From a virus, in IMG/VR virus record IMGVR_UViG_3300042889_001061, positions 47,145 through 111,144 of that record: a stretch of DNA of 64,000 bases; one strand, written 5' to 3'. A program made the translations under genes and the position numbers. Below the pieces are notes generated by a model, which did not search any database, was not told the DNA's origin, and was given only the letters and a program-made list of their open reading frames with translations. Of this stretch, positions 61,144 to 64,000 are shown one piece after another (within the stretch, counting starts at the first letter, position 1; each line of letters begins with the position of its first letter).

Positions 61144-61235
61144 ACCCCTGTAGTTTAATGGTAAAACGGCGGATTTATATCCCGTAAGCAACAGATAATT
61201 GGTTCATGTGGGTTCAATTCCCGCCGGGGGTACCA
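61144..61235 (+). tRNA. Atypical tRNA-Ile(TAT) with long variable region
   Basis: ACCCCTG/CGGGGGT-A-CCA; GCGGA-TTTATAT-CCCGT; 22-nt extra region; GTGGG-TTCAATT-CCCGC. Confidence 0.8.
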
Positions 61236-61239
61236 AATT

Positions 61240-61325
61240 GGAGGAACGGCGCAGATGGCGGTGCGCGGCAGACTGTAAATCTGTTCTCAAAAGGCTAGTT
61301 GGTTCGAATCCATCTTCCTCCACCA
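61240..61325 (+). tRNA. tRNA-Tyr(GTA)
   Basis: GCAGA-CTGTAAA-TCTGT; CCA. Confidence 0.93.
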
Positions 61326-61337
61326 AGTTTAGAATAA

Positions 61338-61412
61338 GCCATAGTAGTCCTCGGGGAGGGCAACGGATTGTCTATCCGTACCAGGTGGGTTCGAGTCCCA
61401 TCTATGGCGCCA
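61338..61412 (+). tRNA. tRNA-Asp(GTC)
   Basis: ACGGA-TTGTCTA-TCCGT; G73; CCA. Confidence 0.92.
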
Positions 61413-61417
61413 ATTAT

Positions 61418-61491
61418 GTATCCCTGATGTAATGGCAGCATAGCGGTCTCCAAAACCGTTTGTCAAGGTTCGAGTCCTTGGGGGTATGCCA
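61418..61491 (+). tRNA. tRNA-Trp(CCA) copy 1
   Basis: GCGGT-CTCCAAA-ACCGT; G73; CCA. Confidence 0.93.
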
Positions 61492-61495
61492 AGTT

Positions 61496-61708
61496 TTGTA
61501 AGTGTCAGCAAGTGAAGTCACGCTGTTCAGTATTCTTCGAAGGTACTGAGTAGTAGAAGGCAAGCGGGTTCGATGCCCGGCCTATCTGTAATGGATAGGC
61601 GATAGATGGAATCCACGCTGGATGAATCCCAAGTGACGTACCGATTCCCGTCCGGACTAGTTAATTCGGGTGAATGGTTCTAATAACGTGGTGGAACTAC
61701 TTACAAAT
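61496..61708 (+). ncRNA. Candidate ~210-nt structured RNA between two tRNA-Trp genes
   Basis: TTTGTAAGT/ACTTACAAA closing stem, GTCAC/GTGAC, GCCTATC/GATAGGC, T-loop-like CGGG-TTCGATG-CCCG. Confidence 0.72.
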
Positions 61709-61715
61709 TCAATAT

Positions 61716-61789
61716 GTATCCATAGTGTAATGGCAGCATCGCGGTCTCCAAAACCGTCAGTCTAGGTTCGAGTCCTAGTGGGTACGCCA
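61716..61789 (+). tRNA. tRNA-Trp(CCA) copy 2
   Basis: GCGGT-CTCCAAA-ACCGT; G73; CCA. Confidence 0.95.
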
Positions 61790-61822
61790 AATAAGTAATG
61801 CCAGTGTACTAAATAATAAACT

Positions 61823-63073
61823 ATGTCAAAAACAAAATTCTCTCAAACTGTTGTATGTCCAAATCCATGGACCGCAATGTATTTTCATATCAACTCTCCA
61901 AGTCCGTGTCATATCATAAGAAACGGTCTTATGAACATGACCATGGAAGAGTATATAAACAGCGAGTGGTTAGTAGACATTAAACAAAAAATGATTAATG
62001 GCATACGCCCAAAAGAATGCGAAAATTGCGAAACGAAAGAAAGACTAGGTCTCAAAAGTACTAGGGGTGCTTCTTGGCGTTACTGGAACATAGGTGAAGA
62101 ACCTAATCTAGAAGATCAACCATGGTTTCACAATATAACTGTTGACACTCCTACAAAGCCTAAACGAATAGAGTTGAGATTTAGTAATTTGTGCAATATG
62201 AAATGCAGAATGTGTGATGAAGCATCGAGTTCTGAAATTGCAAAAGAAAAACAAAAATACAATTTAGGCAATGATATTAATAATAATCCCGATAATATCT
62301 TTTTCGAAGATACTGACGAAAGCGTGTTAAAAATTACTGATGATAATATTCAAGGTTTAAAGAATATTGAATTACTACGCGACTTGCGTAAAGTATGTTT
62401 CACTGGCGGAGAACCATTTCTAATCAAAGGTTATTATGATTATCTTGATTTTTTAATTGAACACAAATTTAACGAGCGAGTTGAATTAGAATTATTTACA
62501 AATACAAGTGTATATAATAAATTGTTTGTAGATCGTTTAATGAAATTTCCTAAAGTAGAATTTACCATGAGCATTGACGGCGTTGGTAAAACAGCTGAAT
62601 ATATTAGACATGGTACAAAATGGGCTACGATTGAAAAAAATGTATTAACATTCAATTCTATGCCAAAGCCAATATTATGCTCGATAAATGTTGCAATTTC
62701 AGCTTATGTTTTGTTAGATGTATCTAATCTGGCATTATTTTTGATGAGACTATATCGTGAAAATAATAACATATTGATTAAATGTTATACTGTATTAATG
62801 CAGAGTCTTCGTTTTACATCTGCCCCTGCACATCTCAAAGAACGTATGTTACGTGAAATTGATTTAGCAATAGATATATTAGACTGTCCAAATTTTGCAA
62901 TATTTAGAAATGAATTGCTGAATTTACGTCCGCGAGTACTGTCAGCATTGAATGTTTCTAGGCCGCTCGACGAGAAGAAATTTATAGAGTTTACTCAAAC
63001 ATACGATAAGATTAGAAACGAATCGTTCGAGAATACATTCGGTATCCCGTTAATTTTAGATAAGGAAGAATGA
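61823..63073 (+). CDS. Radical SAM protein with twitch-like domain
   Basis: NLCNMKCRMC, FTGGEPF, SIDG....EYIRHG. Confidence 0.9.
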   Translation: MSKTKFSQTVVCPNPWTAMYFHINSPSPCHIIRNGLMNMTMEEYINSEWLVDIKQKMINGIRPKECENCETKERLGLKSTRGASWRYWNIGEEPNLEDQPWFHNITVDTPTKPKRIELRFSNLCNMKCRMCDEASSSEIAKEKQKYNLGNDINNNPDNIFFEDTDESVLKITDDNIQGLKNIELLRDLRKVCFTGGEPFLIKGYYDYLDFLIEHKFNERVELELFTNTSVYNKLFVDRLMKFPKVEFTMSIDGVGKTAEYIRHGTKWATIEKNVLTFNSMPKPILCSINVAISAYVLLDVSNLALFLMRLYRENNNILIKCYTVLMQSLRFTSAPAHLKERMLREIDLAIDILDCPNFAIFRNELLNLRPRVLSALNVSRPLDEKKFIEFTQTYDKIRNESFENTFGIPLILDKEE

Positions 63074-63087
63074 CATGAAACGTTCGG

Positions 63088-63127
63088 CAAAACCGTCAGT
63101 CTAGGTTCGAGTCCTAGTGGGTACGCC
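63088..63127 (+). repeat. Exact 40-bp duplicate of the 3' half of tRNA-Trp copy 2 (61749-61788)
   Basis: CAAAACCGTCAGTCTAGGTTCGAGTCCTAGTGGGTACGCC at both sites. Confidence 0.95.
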
Positions 63128-63142
63128 GGAATAAATATATGT

Positions 63143-63715
63143 ATGCTAGAATATGCCTACAGATTAGATTTTCCAGGATTGCTTGACGTTGTTCAAGATA
63201 AATTCAAGACAGATACATTCAAAACAATTTGTAACAAACCAAATGGTATTTTTCGGTTACATCCGAAAGAATTTCTTCATCCAGATTGGACTTCCATAAA
63301 AAACTTAAATTGGGATAGACTTACTATCTTTAATAGGACACCGGGGAAATTCGGCGATGCACATACTGATAATTCCACCGACAATGATTTAAGATGGTCA
63401 ATTAATTGGGTTTTCGGTTCTGGCGGCGGCATGTGCTATTGGGAAGACGAACAAGTAAAAGATCGATTTGTCGATCAGGATAGTGCAGGCTTGTATAGAA
63501 CTAGATTTACATTAAATGGACCACCATCTAGAAATTATAAAACTGTGCATAACGGAGTATATCTAGTTAACGCATCTAAAATTCATAATGGATATAATGA
63601 AGAAACTGCTACAGATTTTAGATATGCCGTAGCAATCAAAGCCGAACTAACCCCGCACACACGCAAGTGGGAAGACGTAGTTAATTTATTTCAATCTTCT
63701 ATAATTAGTTGGTAA
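63143..63715 (+). CDS. 2OG-Fe(II) oxygenase/cupin-like protein, related to 22954..23571
   Basis: AHTD...SINW...LVNASKIHNGYN...RYAVAI. Confidence 0.62.
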   Translation: MLEYAYRLDFPGLLDVVQDKFKTDTFKTICNKPNGIFRLHPKEFLHPDWTSIKNLNWDRLTIFNRTPGKFGDAHTDNSTDNDLRWSINWVFGSGGGMCYWEDEQVKDRFVDQDSAGLYRTRFTLNGPPSRNYKTVHNGVYLVNASKIHNGYNEETATDFRYAVAIKAELTPHTRKWEDVVNLFQSSIISW

Positions 63716-63735
63716 TGAACTAAATCATTAAATAT

Positions 63736-63811
63736 GGGACTATAGCTCAGCCGGTAGAGCAGCGGACTTTTAATCCGTTGGTCGCGAGTTCGAATCTCGC
63801 TGGTCCCACCA
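63736..63811 (+). tRNA. tRNA-Lys(TTT)
   Basis: GCGGA-CTTTTAA-TCCGT; CCA. Confidence 0.96.
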
Positions 63812-63881
63812 TATAAAAACACACTTCCGACAGCAGGCGGAGGTGACAATGTCCATTCGGGTGAGTGTGTTTTTATATGGT
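63808..63881 (+). repeat. 18-bp perfect inverted repeat starting at the tRNA-Lys ACCA end
   Basis: ACCATATAAAAACACACT ... AGTGTGTTTTTATATGGT. Confidence 0.85.
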
Positions 63882-64000
63882 AAAACTATTTGAGTTCAAT
63901 GGTCACACGCCCTTGCTTGAATTAGAAGTTGCCATAGTTGAATACATTCATCATTGGTTGACCCGACAGTCTGCTTGGTTAGCAGGGCGGACGCAACGAA

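Noticed and set aside
57610-61511. ORFs 57610(-), 59683(-), 61199(+), 61329(-)
   Set aside because: They overlap tRNA genes or the attenuator region and have no coding features.
57590-63881. tRNA-associated HDV-like (theta) or hammerhead ribozymes
   Set aside because: I could not identify the required cores after the tRNA 3' ends by eye; a descriptor search is needed to exclude them.
1-64000. Stop-codon reassignment
   Set aside because: Conserved genes are full length in code 11, TAA/TGA/TAG all end genes, and no suppressor tRNA is seen.

Overview
This is a 64-kb, AT-rich, densely coded segment of a large tailed (myovirus-like) bacteriophage using the standard code. A Proteobacterial host, most likely Betaproteobacteria, is inferred from the Bug/TctC protein and the tmRNA tag ANDSQFALAA. 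In order it contains: an nrdA/nrdB/glutaredoxin block; PAAR and probable virion genes; a Ser-bodied tRNA with a CCG anticodon; a circularly permuted two-piece tmRNA; a LuxR-led 8-kb cluster of Gly/Tyr-rich, collagen/BclA-like, HiPIP-like and papain-like genes that resembles a coat or matrix assembly system; a translation/proteostasis block (clpX, infC, rpsU, hsp20 with a ROSE-like leader, clpS, with clpP further on); a long accessory region built from repeated promoter cassettes and repeated stop/RBS/start junctions; a PlcP plus glycosyltransferase pair behind Pho-box-like repeats; and the start of a tRNA/ncRNA array. The most striking unexplained structure is a complete ribosome-dependent attenuator (promoter, 41-codon leader, antiterminator, terminator) in front of that array. 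All family calls come from motif recognition by eye; no database searches were run.
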